Source: a virus
Lineage: Duplodnaviria > Caudoviricetes
Virus record (IMG/VR): IMGVR_UViG_3300010429_001883
Span: 84,473 to 148,472 of that record
Length of the DNA stretch: 64,000 nucleotides
Direction: 5' to 3' (one strand)
The position numbers and the translations under genes are program-made. The notes under the pieces are model-generated. The model did not search any database. It had not been told where the DNA came from and worked only from the letters and a program-made list of their open reading frames with translations. How positions within the stretch are numbered: position 1 is the stretch's first letter; each line of letters opens with the position of its first letter. Shown here piece after piece: positions 37,518-48,755 of this stretch.

Positions 37518-37961
37518 ATGTGGAGTACTAGGGTTAACTTTAATGATCTCTTGACAAGTTACTTCGGTGACTTTATAATAGATAAAAATGATTTAATTGA
37601 TACATTTACTTTTGAGGATACTAGAGAGGATTTGTTTGGAGTATCATTAAAGCAAGAAGTAATCAAGCGGGTGGAGGCTTACGATGCTGATTGGCAACTT
37701 CACCCGGAATTTAATACGAATTTAAGGGATCTTATAGGTACGGTTGCGGATATAGATTATGTCATGCGTAGTGGTGAATTTTCTATTAGAAAGATTCTTA
37801 CATTTGATAATTTTATTGATACCAGTGATTTAAGTATTTATCCAATACGAATTGGTCCAACTACAGTTCTTTTCGCTGTAGTAATTAATACGTCGGGCGG
37901 AAAGTATAAGCTAGCATTTAATTATGATTTAGACCAGACTATTTTTAGGCACATTTATTAA
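37518..37961 (+). CDS. Baseplate wedge protein, gp25-like
   Basis: 147 aa; GDFII...LKQEVIKRV...DWQLHPEFNTNLRDLIG; directly before the baseplate J-like gene. Confidence 0.65.
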   Translation: MWSTRVNFNDLLTSYFGDFIIDKNDLIDTFTFEDTREDLFGVSLKQEVIKRVEAYDADWQLHPEFNTNLRDLIGTVADIDYVMRSGEFSIRKILTFDNFIDTSDLSIYPIRIGPTTVLFAVVINTSGGKYKLAFNYDLDQTIFRHIY

Positions 37962-37975
37962 GTAGGAGTTAGAAC

Positions 37976-39190
37976 ATGCCTTTAGCACATAAAACATACC
38001 AAACTATACTAGATGAATTAAAATCTAGACTATTGACGACAACCAGTTTGCGGCAGTTGTCTAAGGGTGGAACTGCCAGAAGTATATTAGAAGTGATCGC
38101 CGCAGAACACGCCGATATATATAGTGATATTGTATCCAATGTTTCACAAGGATTCCTAAAATATGCTTCTGGTGAGTACTTAGATGCTTATGGGGAGATG
38201 TTTGGTGTTTATCGTAAAGGCACAACCTATGCTTTTACCACTTCAGATGAGTCTAACCTAAAATTTTATGTTGATAGCGATACTTTTGAAGATATAAACG
38301 ACGGATCATCTTTTACTGTTCCAGCTGGCACTAAAATATCTACTGTTTCTGGTTTGGAATACATCCTTAATTCTTCTGTTACTCTAGGTAGCGAGACGGA
38401 AAAGTATGTTTCTGCAATTGCCTCTACGGCAGGTTCTTACAGTAACGTAGACAAAGATACTTTAATCAATCATGATTTTACATCATATGATGATTACGAA
38501 AATGAATCACTTAAAGTTATTAATGATTACGCCATTGGCAATGGACAGGATGTTGAAACAGATACAAATTACAGATATAGAATAAGTAAGAAATTACTGG
38601 AACTAGAAAAGGCCAACTTGGCCGCCCTTTACGTTAACTTACTAAGTTTGCCAGGAATTAAAGATATTAATATAGATAGATATGAAAGTGGCCTCGGCAC
38701 AGCAACGCTCTATGTTTATGGAATTTATCCAAACCAAAGTGACCAAATGGCAGTTCTGGGCCAAGTTATTGCTAACTCCGTATCTGCCGTAGGAGACAGA
38801 ATACTGGTTAAATCACCAGATATCGTTGGTATTTCTTTTAGAGCCAAGATTAATTTTAAAACAACAAGGACATCTTCGTTAACACAACGAAAAGAACTAA
38901 CAACGACAGAAAAGAAAGCTATAGCAGAAAAAGCTGAAGAAGCTGTTATTAATTACTTTGAGAATATGAGTATCTTTGAACCTTTTAGTACTGAGAAATT
39001 AATGGCTACAATTATTAATGCAGATGAAAAAATACTTGATATAGGTGAGAATGATACTAGTTTTGATTATGTTCTAATTTGGAGAGAGTTGCCAGACGGA
39101 ACAGACTACTCTAAATATTTAATTGGTAATTATACTCCAGAGACGGGTGAATATATAACCTTGAAGGCAGTGGATTTTTATTATGACTAA
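37976..39190 (+). CDS. Baseplate J-like wedge protein
   Basis: 404 aa; GGTARSILE, FLKYASGEYLDAYGEMFGVYR, VPAGTKIST, GNGQDVETDTNYRYRI. Confidence 0.85.
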   Translation: MPLAHKTYQTILDELKSRLLTTTSLRQLSKGGTARSILEVIAAEHADIYSDIVSNVSQGFLKYASGEYLDAYGEMFGVYRKGTTYAFTTSDESNLKFYVDSDTFEDINDGSSFTVPAGTKISTVSGLEYILNSSVTLGSETEKYVSAIASTAGSYSNVDKDTLINHDFTSYDDYENESLKVINDYAIGNGQDVETDTNYRYRISKKLLELEKANLAALYVNLLSLPGIKDINIDRYESGLGTATLYVYGIYPNQSDQMAVLGQVIANSVSAVGDRILVKSPDIVGISFRAKINFKTTRTSSLTQRKELTTTEKKAIAEKAEEAVINYFENMSIFEPFSTEKLMATIINADEKILDIGENDTSFDYVLIWRELPDGTDYSKYLIGNYTPETGEYITLKAVDFYYD

Positions 39191-40982
39191 TCGGTTATCA
39201 AACTATACACAGAAGTTAACCAACTATTACCCGCTGTATTATAATGTTAGGGCATATCCATACAGCTCTGGATCAAGGCTTTTAAATACGGCAGGGATAG
39301 AGCTTGAAGACCTAACGATTAAACTAAATAAAACATTTAATGATCGCTGGCCGCTAACACATTCACAATCTGGTATTCCAACGCTGTGTGTTTCTAAATC
39401 TTTTGATAACTTAACTGGGTATAGTACGCTTAAATTCGATGGGTTCGTTGGGCCTTATTATACAGATACCTATACTTTTGAGTCGCCAATTTTTACTGCA
39501 GTTGATCCCCTTCTTAACTACATGTATTTTGAATCACCAAAGTATATGATACATCAATTTCCTAGTGATGGGGATTGGTTTATGTACAACGGCGATGGAA
39601 CCCCGTTTCAATTTGATAGTTTTTCAGACCCTGCTCCCAAAACAATAGCTTATAATTATTATAAAGATACCACCTGGTATAGCATACTCACAACCAGCGA
39701 AACAATCCCGTATGAACCTACTTTTTATTTACAAAATATTTTTGGTAATACAGACCTTAACGTTGGCTATAAAATAATTAAAATAACAGGTAAGCGACTA
39801 GGGGTTAATTCTCACGACGACTTTTCAGAGCTTATTTATCCCGGTTTGGATGGTATCTACAAATCCAAATATCGTTGGGAGTACATAGAATACATAGAAT
39901 ACTTCAATATGAAAAGTGTTGAAGTTACAATTTATCCTGTTTTTTATACCCAAAGTATTGAGAGGATTGTTCCCCGCGCATGGTATACTCCAGAAACAAG
40001 AGAAGATCAACAAACATTCATTAAATGGGATGCTGAGCATTCTTGTTTTATTCATCATAAGAAGGTATATAACGCTGTGGGGGAAAGCGATGACGAGGTT
40101 ATTTCTGCTTTGTTTATTAACGGACCAGGAATTCTTGGTCGAATAGATACAATAGCTGATTTTGATGTAGACCCTTTCAGTAGGTTCATCTATGTGATAC
40201 CAAGCGGAGGGTTTACATCCGATAACGTTTATTTATATAGGCTAGAAGAAGACCTGCAATTAACCCATGAAGCTACAGGTAACCTTAAACAGCACAGTAT
40301 GTGCCCGTACAATATAAAGTTTGAAGTACATGATTATGACCAAGTTGTGCTGAAGATCGAAAATAAGTTTATCAATAATCCTTTTGACTATGAATTTGGG
40401 CTGCTTGTAACAGTTCCAAGTGGTGGGCAATTCTTGATAGACGGAGAGGGAACACCCACATCTTATACTGGTGAGCTTTTAGACTTCTCTCAGTATCCTA
40501 AAAGATTTATATACAATTTGGATTCTCCTGGTATTTATAAATTCACTTTAAAGTACTATGATTCTGAAGAGCGAATTTATAGAGAACAAGATTTTATCTA
40601 TAATCACAGGGAGCTTAATTTAGTAAACTATTTTAGAGCATCTGAGTCTGAAACAGAAGACCACCAAATGCACGGCCTAACGGCATATGAAGTTTCTTTT
40701 GATAGAATTAAATGCCTCTGTCATAATGAAATCGCCGTTAGAACTGTTACTGGAGATTATACATATTATTTTAAGGGGTATAATCCAGCGATATATTGGG
40801 ATAATGCAAATAAACTCTCTTATTTTATTGATTTTACTCCAACAACTATTTGGACAACACCCCCAAATCCAGGAGAGGGTATTACTGGGACTGGGGTTGA
40901 TTTTGAACTTACTGAATGGATTACAGGAGAAAGATATCTTGCCTTTGGTGAACTATTTGATTTGGGAGATGTAAATGGATAA
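39183..40982 (+). CDS. Baseplate structural protein
   Basis: 599 aa, Tyr-rich, overlaps the J-like gene; positional call. Confidence 0.5.
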   Translation: MTNRLSNYTQKLTNYYPLYYNVRAYPYSSGSRLLNTAGIELEDLTIKLNKTFNDRWPLTHSQSGIPTLCVSKSFDNLTGYSTLKFDGFVGPYYTDTYTFESPIFTAVDPLLNYMYFESPKYMIHQFPSDGDWFMYNGDGTPFQFDSFSDPAPKTIAYNYYKDTTWYSILTTSETIPYEPTFYLQNIFGNTDLNVGYKIIKITGKRLGVNSHDDFSELIYPGLDGIYKSKYRWEYIEYIEYFNMKSVEVTIYPVFYTQSIERIVPRAWYTPETREDQQTFIKWDAEHSCFIHHKKVYNAVGESDDEVISALFINGPGILGRIDTIADFDVDPFSRFIYVIPSGGFTSDNVYLYRLEEDLQLTHEATGNLKQHSMCPYNIKFEVHDYDQVVLKIENKFINNPFDYEFGLLVTVPSGGQFLIDGEGTPTSYTGELLDFSQYPKRFIYNLDSPGIYKFTLKYYDSEERIYREQDFIYNHRELNLVNYFRASESETEDHQMHGLTAYEVSFDRIKCLCHNEIAVRTVTGDYTYYFKGYNPAIYWDNANKLSYFIDFTPTTIWTTPPNPGEGITGTGVDFELTEWITGERYLAFGELFDLGDVNG

Positions 40983-41937
40983 TAAACTGATACAAGTTAA
41001 CTCCCTAGACCTAACTGCCGAGCTTATGGCATTAGATAGGTATGATACAGAAAGTATTGGTAATTTTATAGATAGAGTAAAAACTTATTATGCTAATGAT
41101 CCTTCTTCAACAAAGGAAGGATTGTCATGGGCACTAATGAAAGACCTGGCCCTTCCTCCGGTGTTAGTTGGTGAAATTTGGATTGGTGATATTGAGTGCG
41201 AAGTTTTAATAGAGCCCACAGGAATGACGCTGTCTGGACCGAAAGATTGGCTTCAGTTTCCTTTCTTCTCTACATCAACAAGCGGTGAAATAACTTTAAA
41301 ACCAGACCCCGTTATTAGAACACCACGGCCCACTGAGTATGTAGATGGATTTGATGATATTTTTGACGATATTAACAATGACGCAGTTGACTACATCATA
41401 AGTTGGTTACAAGAAGTTTCAATAGACGGAACATTTATGTATTGGTCACCAATATATAGATATAATATAACTCTGAGTCCTTTTCATCTAATGCATGGAA
41501 GCAATCTGCGTGACTCTGGAAATGTTTTAATTCCTCTAGACTTGAAAAAAGTACAACTTGAAAAGTATCCAATTAAACCCGGAACATTAATTTTTGATGA
41601 TACGGAAAATTATTTTGTTACTGAGGTGGCTTCTGAGGATGACGTTGTAGTAAAAGGTGATTATTATATCGATTATGAGAACGGTATAATTTATTTTTAT
41701 GGGATAGAAGAAGATGACCAGCAACTTATTCTATGTAGATATTTATATGTTTTAGGTTACAACACTTCTTTTAAACTTTATTTGACACCCATACAGGTTG
41801 TTCCATGGTATGATGAATCTTTAAAGCGATTATTTTTTAACATGTGGGAACAATCAAAGAATTGGTACCAAGACGCAATGCCAATAATGCTGCCCATGAT
41901 TTCTGAATTGAGGAGTGCACATGCTAGCTATAAATAG
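40975..41937 (+). CDS. Baseplate structural protein
   Basis: 320 aa; NSLD..AELMALDRYDTES N-terminus and GDYYIDYENGIIYF motif typical of phage structural proteins. Confidence 0.5.
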   Translation: MDNKLIQVNSLDLTAELMALDRYDTESIGNFIDRVKTYYANDPSSTKEGLSWALMKDLALPPVLVGEIWIGDIECEVLIEPTGMTLSGPKDWLQFPFFSTSTSGEITLKPDPVIRTPRPTEYVDGFDDIFDDINNDAVDYIISWLQEVSIDGTFMYWSPIYRYNITLSPFHLMHGSNLRDSGNVLIPLDLKKVQLEKYPIKPGTLIFDDTENYFVTEVASEDDVVVKGDYYIDYENGIIYFYGIEEDDQQLILCRYLYVLGYNTSFKLYLTPIQVVPWYDESLKRLFFNMWEQSKNWYQDAMPIMLPMISELRSAHASYK

Positions 41938-44551
41938 TGTATTAACACTAGATACTTTTAGATTGTTGCCGTGGGAACACCAAAATAGGGCTTACTTTGA
42001 GCCAGCTATGTGGGATGCTCCTTTAGCGGATATTGATTATTTTCAAAGTGGTATTGGGTATGCAACAAATAACATAGTTGTCGGATTACAGGCCAGCTGG
42101 GACCCCATATTAGAAACAGGGTTTTATTTTATAAAATATTACAGATTTTTTAATTACGCCACACGGGAAACAGCTACAGTTTATAGAACCATTAATCCTA
42201 CCGAATTTGTTCAAACAACAGAGAATGGTCCATATAGTTATTCTTTTGCTTTAGCAGAAAATGAGCCAATGTATCGTGGGTATAAACCAGCGTACTTAGT
42301 GACATTTGATAGATACGGAGAATTAGACGATACCCTGTTGCCTGCTGCTGGTTATGACTATAAACATGTTCGCGTATTTACTGAACTTGAATCCACTTAT
42401 CCCAGCGGGTATGTTGCTCCTTGGGAGACATTAGAACAAGAACTATTGGCCGAACACCCTGAAATGATGGTTAATAGAGTAACAGGTGACGTTGGACTAG
42501 TGCAGGTTACTGGTTTTGCTGGTTATGATAGTGATACATATTACGAAAAAGTTGTTGTTGAGACACAGTATATAAATTTAGCTGTTAACGATAATCCTAA
42601 TATAGGAATGCAAACAGAAGTATTTTCTATTGACGGCTCCGAAGTTTTTTGTAAATTACGTTATGTTCCAGTTGTTAGCATTAGCGGGGTTGTTTTAACA
42701 TCGGGTGGAAGTACATACGATATAACTAATAATTATAATCAATATGGATTATTTACACCCTCCGGGTATATTGATTCTAAGGCCCTTCCAGGTGTGATTA
42801 CTTTTTATAATAAGCCAACAGAGAACAATGATTGGGATCTTTTATACCCGTCGGGAAGCATTAGTATTACTTATCAGCCCGGTTTATTCTTTGTTTACGA
42901 AGCTGTTGACAGTGTATGGAAACTGACGAATAAAAATGTAAACCCACTGTTAGTTGGGGAGAAGGATTATAATTTACTTTTGACGAATACAGAAATAGAT
43001 CCTCTAACTCTTGGCATAGGTGGAGAAGATAGGATTGCATACATAGGGGGATTGCCATTAGAATTAAAGATATTTTGTGAATTTAACGAGGCACCAATTT
43101 TAAATCACCCCGTCTCAGTTATAGCTGGCCTTTCTAGGCTTACTCTTAATAATTTGATTTTAACTACAGAGTTGAGAGAATTGCGTCTTGATGGGACGGG
43201 CAACACCTCTTGTCTTTATGTCCCCCCGAAAGAACTTGATGACGAAAGTTTTTACTTTAGGTCTGGTCATTATGTGCCAACAGTTATATTAAATAACTAT
43301 TCAATAGATAGTACTGTAACAGTAAATCCAGAAAGGCTACATGGAGTATCCGAGGTAGGAACAACAACTACTGGGTTTGAAAATGCTATGTTTTTCCCAA
43401 CCGAAAAATTTGCAAAACAGTTTTTGTTGGGCGGCGCCTATGTAGTGTATGATAATGATCACATAAAGACAAATAATTTTAGTGGGTTCATGGGCGTGCT
43501 GCGAATAGCTGGTATAAAGAAGGCAATTGTTTTACCATCTTATTTTGCTAACGATCCTAAAAATATTACTAAAGGTATTTATCAAGTTAACAGCAATGAA
43601 GAGGCTGTCCAGGTTAAGGGATTCATGTCAGAGTTTAACTATAAATATAGAACTAATACTTTTAGAGATTTGGGAGTTAGTTTTAGAGTATTTTCAACAC
43701 TAACAGACAGGCTTTTAGTGTATAATAATGGAAGTCTTATTGGTATTTTTGATGAAGAAGTAGCTAGTAATAAATTCTATCCTGAAGTTGTTACTATGGA
43801 TTTAACTAAAGAATACTTCTTAGCTGAACCAGTAACGTTTAATGCAAGTAACTCCTATTACTTAAGACATGAATATGATATAGTTAATCCAGATGTAACT
43901 GATTTTGATCAAGGCCCAACAAGGTTGTATGATAGTTCTGGAACAGAATACACGTTTGGCGTTGATTTCACTGTTGTCAGCGGAGAGAACATGTTAGTAT
44001 TTAATTCTTCTCCTGCGCCCACTGGTTTGTTTGTAGACTACTTGGCAAAAGGTGACCATGTAATAATAGATGAGGTTAATATAATCAGATTTATTCTTAA
44101 TAATCCCGATAGAACAACAGATACATGGAGTGTCAATGATGTCAACTTAAATAAGAATAATAGAATAACTAGTTATGATAATTATTATTCACCAGCAGTG
44201 CCTATAGGTTTCCTGAAATGGGAGCAAGCATCTGGTACACAATACACACTTAGGTTTGTGGCTTTAGATGAAGTCGGTGAAGACACCAAAGTTAATGGTG
44301 TTTTGTTTTCTAATTTGCCGCACAGTGTTGCTACATTTGATGAAATTATTGGCTATTATCTCTATACCCCTGGATCGGACTTTGTAGTAGCTAAAACAAA
44401 AACAAGTTATGGTAAAGAGATAGTTAGTCCTATCTTTAACATTGAAATTAAAGCCCCAGCATATATGCGTGGGTTGTACTACTCTACTTCTAATGAATAT
44501 TTTAGTGCGTCACCATATGCTGCAATTGAATTTAAACAGGTGGTTGTATAA
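41921..44551 (+). CDS. Large baseplate or tail structural protein
   Basis: About 876 aa, beta-rich. Start at ATG 41921 behind GAGGAG; ORF track starts at 41915. Confidence 0.5.
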   Translation: MLAINSVLTLDTFRLLPWEHQNRAYFEPAMWDAPLADIDYFQSGIGYATNNIVVGLQASWDPILETGFYFIKYYRFFNYATRETATVYRTINPTEFVQTTENGPYSYSFALAENEPMYRGYKPAYLVTFDRYGELDDTLLPAAGYDYKHVRVFTELESTYPSGYVAPWETLEQELLAEHPEMMVNRVTGDVGLVQVTGFAGYDSDTYYEKVVVETQYINLAVNDNPNIGMQTEVFSIDGSEVFCKLRYVPVVSISGVVLTSGGSTYDITNNYNQYGLFTPSGYIDSKALPGVITFYNKPTENNDWDLLYPSGSISITYQPGLFFVYEAVDSVWKLTNKNVNPLLVGEKDYNLLLTNTEIDPLTLGIGGEDRIAYIGGLPLELKIFCEFNEAPILNHPVSVIAGLSRLTLNNLILTTELRELRLDGTGNTSCLYVPPKELDDESFYFRSGHYVPTVILNNYSIDSTVTVNPERLHGVSEVGTTTTGFENAMFFPTEKFAKQFLLGGAYVVYDNDHIKTNNFSGFMGVLRIAGIKKAIVLPSYFANDPKNITKGIYQVNSNEEAVQVKGFMSEFNYKYRTNTFRDLGVSFRVFSTLTDRLLVYNNGSLIGIFDEEVASNKFYPEVVTMDLTKEYFLAEPVTFNASNSYYLRHEYDIVNPDVTDFDQGPTRLYDSSGTEYTFGVDFTVVSGENMLVFNSSPAPTGLFVDYLAKGDHVIIDEVNIIRFILNNPDRTTDTWSVNDVNLNKNNRITSYDNYYSPAVPIGFLKWEQASGTQYTLRFVALDEVGEDTKVNGVLFSNLPHSVATFDEIIGYYLYTPGSDFVVAKTKTSYGKEIVSPIFNIEIKAPAYMRGLYYSTSNEYFSASPYAAIEFKQVVV

Positions 44552-46674
44552 TGTATACAATGACAGATTTTAATCGTTGTTATCTCTCTGGTGAAACGCA
44601 TGAAAATTGCGCCACTTTGGCCAAATTTTCAAATCTAGGAACTACGACTTCAAGCAATATCGCTTTGAAAAAAGCACCCATTCCATTAACAAGAAGATGG
44701 GATTTTATTGAAGTGCCAGAGGATGGATATTACGATATTATCTTTTATCCGTTTTTTATAACTAATGTATATCGTATAGACAAACCATATTACTTTTATC
44801 ACGAAATTCTGGGCGGCATAGATCGTTATGCCCAAAGTGCTGTTATAACAGACAATGCCGGGAACGTAATTGATAGAAGCAACTATGAAGTGAGAAACAT
44901 AAATGGTAAAATTTATATCTACCATAATTTAGTAAACAATAAATCTAAATATTACTTTGTTGTTTTTGTAAAAGAAGTAAGAGTTCACTCTGATCCCAAT
45001 ATTCCAGGAGTAATCAACTATGGATTTAGAGAACTTTTAACTGCTAACAAGGTGCTACGTGAGCGCGAAGCCGGGGCAGCTATGAGATCAAATGAATATT
45101 ATGTAGACATAGCTGATGATCATATTAGACTATATACTTCTCCTGGATATTATTATATTTCATATGATTATGCTAATCTAATTTATTTTCAATTTAACGC
45201 CTCGTCAAGACAGCAGTGGTGGATGTGTGCTAGACACTTTGCTTACCTGAATGAAGCTTCTGACACGGTATTTTCTACTAGACAAAATTATTTAAGTGAA
45301 GATTTTTACCCACACTTTATAAGTAGTTCTGTTGTAGGGATGAATTTTATAGTAGAAAAAGACATTTCAATGGATGATAATAATGTACTGTTTTTATCTA
45401 GTTTTCCAGTTTACTATACGTTTTTAGAATATCCAATTATAGATACTGATTTAAATCGTCGGCTGCCTATTAAATCTATCGATCCATATTCTGGGGCAGT
45501 AGAAATTAATACAGATGATTTAAAATCACCTAAATCGGTGTTTAATCTTTCGTATTATATTAGACAAGAACACGTTGTTTTAGATAAACCAAAACTTATA
45601 TTTTCCGAAGAAAACTATTTGAATTTTAATCCTGTTTATAGGCCAGTTGAAAATGATGCAACAATGTCAAACACATATTTATTGGATAAATATGTTGTAA
45701 CGTATCTAAGAAAAAACTCTGAAGACGGCGAGAAGATACACCAGGCAATTTTTGAAGTTGGTAATCGGGCGGGCGTGCAAGATTTTTATTTAACAGAAAC
45801 ATTTCCTAATGATCCATATATTTCTGAGTTATTAGATTCATATGGATTCTTGTCTTACTCTTTTTTTAAATCTCAATTAAGCACCATTGCTTCTCCAAAT
45901 TTTTCTGGATCTGTACTTATACTTGGTATATCATTAGTACATAATAGTACAGATCCGCCAGTAGCTATTGAGGATAATGTAAAGGATATGAGACAGTTGG
46001 GCGGAGGTCTTGCAGAGGAATACTTAGAAGATGCAATAGATGCTACAAGAGAAAGTAAATACTATTGGGATTTACAGCCACTAGATGGGGATATGTTGCC
46101 AGCAATGACAAACTTTTTCTTATTTATTCCTGAGCAGCTATTGACATTCTTTACACCGGATGATATAATGATTAAGGTAAATAAGCATTCTGCTGCTGGA
46201 AGTTTTGCAACGATGGTTAGAACAGATTCCTTAAATTTGTACCATGGTACTAAACTATATATTAGTAAAACTTTTACTACTGAAGACACCTTTAATGAAT
46301 ATTGGGAAGAAGAGGGGGCGTATTTTACAGAGGGTCTATTCTATCCACATCCGGTTATTCTCGGCCGGCCACAAAATCCAACAACGATAGAATACTCTAT
46401 AGGTAAAAAAGTTTTGTTTGTTTTACTACCAGATACTTCGGAAGGTTATTATGAAGATAGAATAGGTACAATTAAAACAGGAATTACCATTCACTCAGAT
46501 CTATCTGGTTTGGGAATTTTAGGTGGTATTCCAATATATTCAGAAATTACTCTTGAAATTAACGATGAATTACAAGAAACCATATCTAATATATATGCAA
46601 CACTATCAAGTGTTGCGTATGATTCTTATCAAACTTATGGCGGGAAAATAACACTCTGGTATCGAGTTGTATAA
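44551..46674 (+). CDS. Baseplate or tail structural protein
   Basis: 707 aa; LNFNP and DMRQLGGGL...YWD..PLDG motifs; operon context. Confidence 0.5.
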   Translation: MYTMTDFNRCYLSGETHENCATLAKFSNLGTTTSSNIALKKAPIPLTRRWDFIEVPEDGYYDIIFYPFFITNVYRIDKPYYFYHEILGGIDRYAQSAVITDNAGNVIDRSNYEVRNINGKIYIYHNLVNNKSKYYFVVFVKEVRVHSDPNIPGVINYGFRELLTANKVLREREAGAAMRSNEYYVDIADDHIRLYTSPGYYYISYDYANLIYFQFNASSRQQWWMCARHFAYLNEASDTVFSTRQNYLSEDFYPHFISSSVVGMNFIVEKDISMDDNNVLFLSSFPVYYTFLEYPIIDTDLNRRLPIKSIDPYSGAVEINTDDLKSPKSVFNLSYYIRQEHVVLDKPKLIFSEENYLNFNPVYRPVENDATMSNTYLLDKYVVTYLRKNSEDGEKIHQAIFEVGNRAGVQDFYLTETFPNDPYISELLDSYGFLSYSFFKSQLSTIASPNFSGSVLILGISLVHNSTDPPVAIEDNVKDMRQLGGGLAEEYLEDAIDATRESKYYWDLQPLDGDMLPAMTNFFLFIPEQLLTFFTPDDIMIKVNKHSAAGSFATMVRTDSLNLYHGTKLYISKTFTTEDTFNEYWEEEGAYFTEGLFYPHPVILGRPQNPTTIEYSIGKKVLFVLLPDTSEGYYEDRIGTIKTGITIHSDLSGLGILGGIPIYSEITLEINDELQETISNIYATLSSVAYDSYQTYGGKITLWYRVV

Positions 46675-46683
46675 GGAGATAAC

Positions 46684-47325
46684 ATGGATTGGGTTGAACT
46701 TAGGAAGAAGTTAGAAGAGCCGTTTAGTATTCGAGCTATTAAATTTAAGCCACAAACAATTAGCAAGAATAGAGATAAGGCACTAATGGTGGCGTTTATT
46801 GATGCTAGGGATGTACAAGACCGGCTAGATTCGGTTGTTGGCCCAGAGAATTGGCAATTTACTGTAAGGGAAATAGACACTGGCGTGACATCCAACAACA
46901 AGATAGCTTCTGTTATTGGTGCATTATCTATTTTCGGGGTTATACGCGAAGAAGTTGGCGAAGATAGCCAACCAGATAGAGATAAAACTACTAAAGAAAT
47001 TATAATGTCTAGTTATAAATCTGCCGTAAGTGATGCCCTAAAAAGATGTGCTGTTCAGTTTGGTGTATTTAGATACGCGTATAGTCTAGATCAGCAATGG
47101 ACTAAAAGTATTGATTCTGGTGGGTATAAATTTGAAAGTCCAATTTTACCGTACTGGGCATTGGCTCACACCGATAAAATTTGTGAAGTAACGGGCAATG
47201 AAATACCAGAAACTGTAGTTTATGAAGGTAAAAAATATAATGGTGCCCAAATAATTTGCAAAAGTTTTTATAAGTACGATAAGATACTTTGTTTTGATGA
47301 ATATCTGAAACTTGGGGGGCAGTAA
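46684..47325 (+). CDS. Rad52/Rad22-family (Sak-like) single-strand annealing protein
   Basis: LEEPF...IKFKPQ...AFIDARDVQDRLDSVVGPENWQ...YKSAVSDALKRCAVQFGVFRYAY. Confidence 0.88.
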   Translation: MDWVELRKKLEEPFSIRAIKFKPQTISKNRDKALMVAFIDARDVQDRLDSVVGPENWQFTVREIDTGVTSNNKIASVIGALSIFGVIREEVGEDSQPDRDKTTKEIIMSSYKSAVSDALKRCAVQFGVFRYAYSLDQQWTKSIDSGGYKFESPILPYWALAHTDKICEVTGNEIPETVVYEGKKYNGAQIICKSFYKYDKILCFDEYLKLGGQ

Positions 47326-48753
47326 ATGTCGCTTTATACATTATTTGTTAATGACTTATTAACTAAACAAAATGAGCTTATTAAGTTACTTTTGAATAGA
47401 AAAAGGTATCTTGGCGAACTTATTTCTGAGGATGACTATAATAATGCTTTTCAGAAGTTAAGCAAGTCAACAACAAATAATTTTGTTCCTATTGATATTG
47501 AACATCCTTACCACGATGAAAGAAAGTTTAGTTCATATCTGTTAGATGAGATGATATCTAGGATAGATATTAATCTAGATTTCATTAATAATTTTCTACT
47601 AAATGGTAATACATCTTTACAAGAAATATCGGATGAATATGATGTTCTATTGGAACAAATTTCGGATAATTATAATAAATTATTGTCTGTTAGAAATTTA
47701 ATCATTCCATCGCCGCTAGAAACTTCTTTGCCGCTACCAATGGTAGATTATAACGACCCCTCTGCTATAAACAGGTATAGGTATTTACGTGTTCCAACAC
47801 GAGAAGGGACAGAAACCAATGTTTCTAAATTATCTTTAAATTCTGTGTTTCCTTTAAGGGCTGTTACTTACGCTGGATCTATTCTTTATAACAGGGCTGC
47901 CGGGCAAGGATTTGATATATCTTTTACTGGTGAGGCTCCTCAATACAGCTTCTTGTTTAAGGATTTTTCAATAGTTCCAAGAGAAACATTTGTGTATTTT
48001 CTACAAATAGAAAAATATGAGGACTACCTAAGATACAGGGCCTCTGCTGATGGTGTGTACTACGGCGAATGGAAAATAATTTTTGACATTACTCAATATC
48101 AACCAATTTATAATGACTATGATGAAGCTACAGACCTGTACTTTAAAATAATATCTAAACTCCCAGATTTATCCTATAACTTAGACTGGTTCTTTGAGAG
48201 AAGAGAGCATACCATTAAAATAAATTATAGTACAGATTATGGTTTTGTTAAAAGATTTAAATTTAGTTTGGGCGCCCCAACAACAGTTGATACTATACAG
48301 GTTTCAAATTTTGGTGCCGACCCGTTTATAATTGAAGGAATAGAAGGATCAATTGATGGTGTAAATTTTTATGATGTCTCAACTGTTAGGTATCCTGTTA
48401 TAGATTACGTTAATATTCCTGTTTGGGCGGCCATGCCTGTTAAATATTTGTTGTTTACAATAAAACAAGAAACATATGATATACAATACATTCCAGACTT
48501 TAACCTAGATAAGATTCTAAATAGCATGGTATTAAATTATAACGCAGCTAGATATAATGATCAAGTAGATAAGATTAGGTATGAACTTGGACTTAGATTA
48601 GTGAATATAAATCTTATAAGAACTAAAATTGTAGAACTATTAAATAACAAAAATTTTAGTGATGCATATATTTATCGTCGATTTGTTTATCAAATTGATC
48701 TAAATAGCATAACAGTTAATAAGCAAAATGTTATCTCGGAGTACTTAGGATAA
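47326..48753 (+). CDS. Structural protein (helical N-terminus plus beta-sandwich)
   Basis: 475 aa; SADGVYY and SIDGVNF motifs; resembles 51678-52877. Confidence 0.45.
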   Translation: MSLYTLFVNDLLTKQNELIKLLLNRKRYLGELISEDDYNNAFQKLSKSTTNNFVPIDIEHPYHDERKFSSYLLDEMISRIDINLDFINNFLLNGNTSLQEISDEYDVLLEQISDNYNKLLSVRNLIIPSPLETSLPLPMVDYNDPSAINRYRYLRVPTREGTETNVSKLSLNSVFPLRAVTYAGSILYNRAAGQGFDISFTGEAPQYSFLFKDFSIVPRETFVYFLQIEKYEDYLRYRASADGVYYGEWKIIFDITQYQPIYNDYDEATDLYFKIISKLPDLSYNLDWFFERREHTIKINYSTDYGFVKRFKFSLGAPTTVDTIQVSNFGADPFIIEGIEGSIDGVNFYDVSTVRYPVIDYVNIPVWAAMPVKYLLFTIKQETYDIQYIPDFNLDKILNSMVLNYNAARYNDQVDKIRYELGLRLVNINLIRTKIVELLNNKNFSDAYIYRRFVYQIDLNSITVNKQNVISEYLG

Positions 48754-48755
48754 AA

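Noticed and set aside
12197-39190. Sheath, tube and baseplate genes as an eCIS, tailocin or T6SS
   Set aside because: Portal, protease, capsid and neck genes are in the same operon, so this is a phage.
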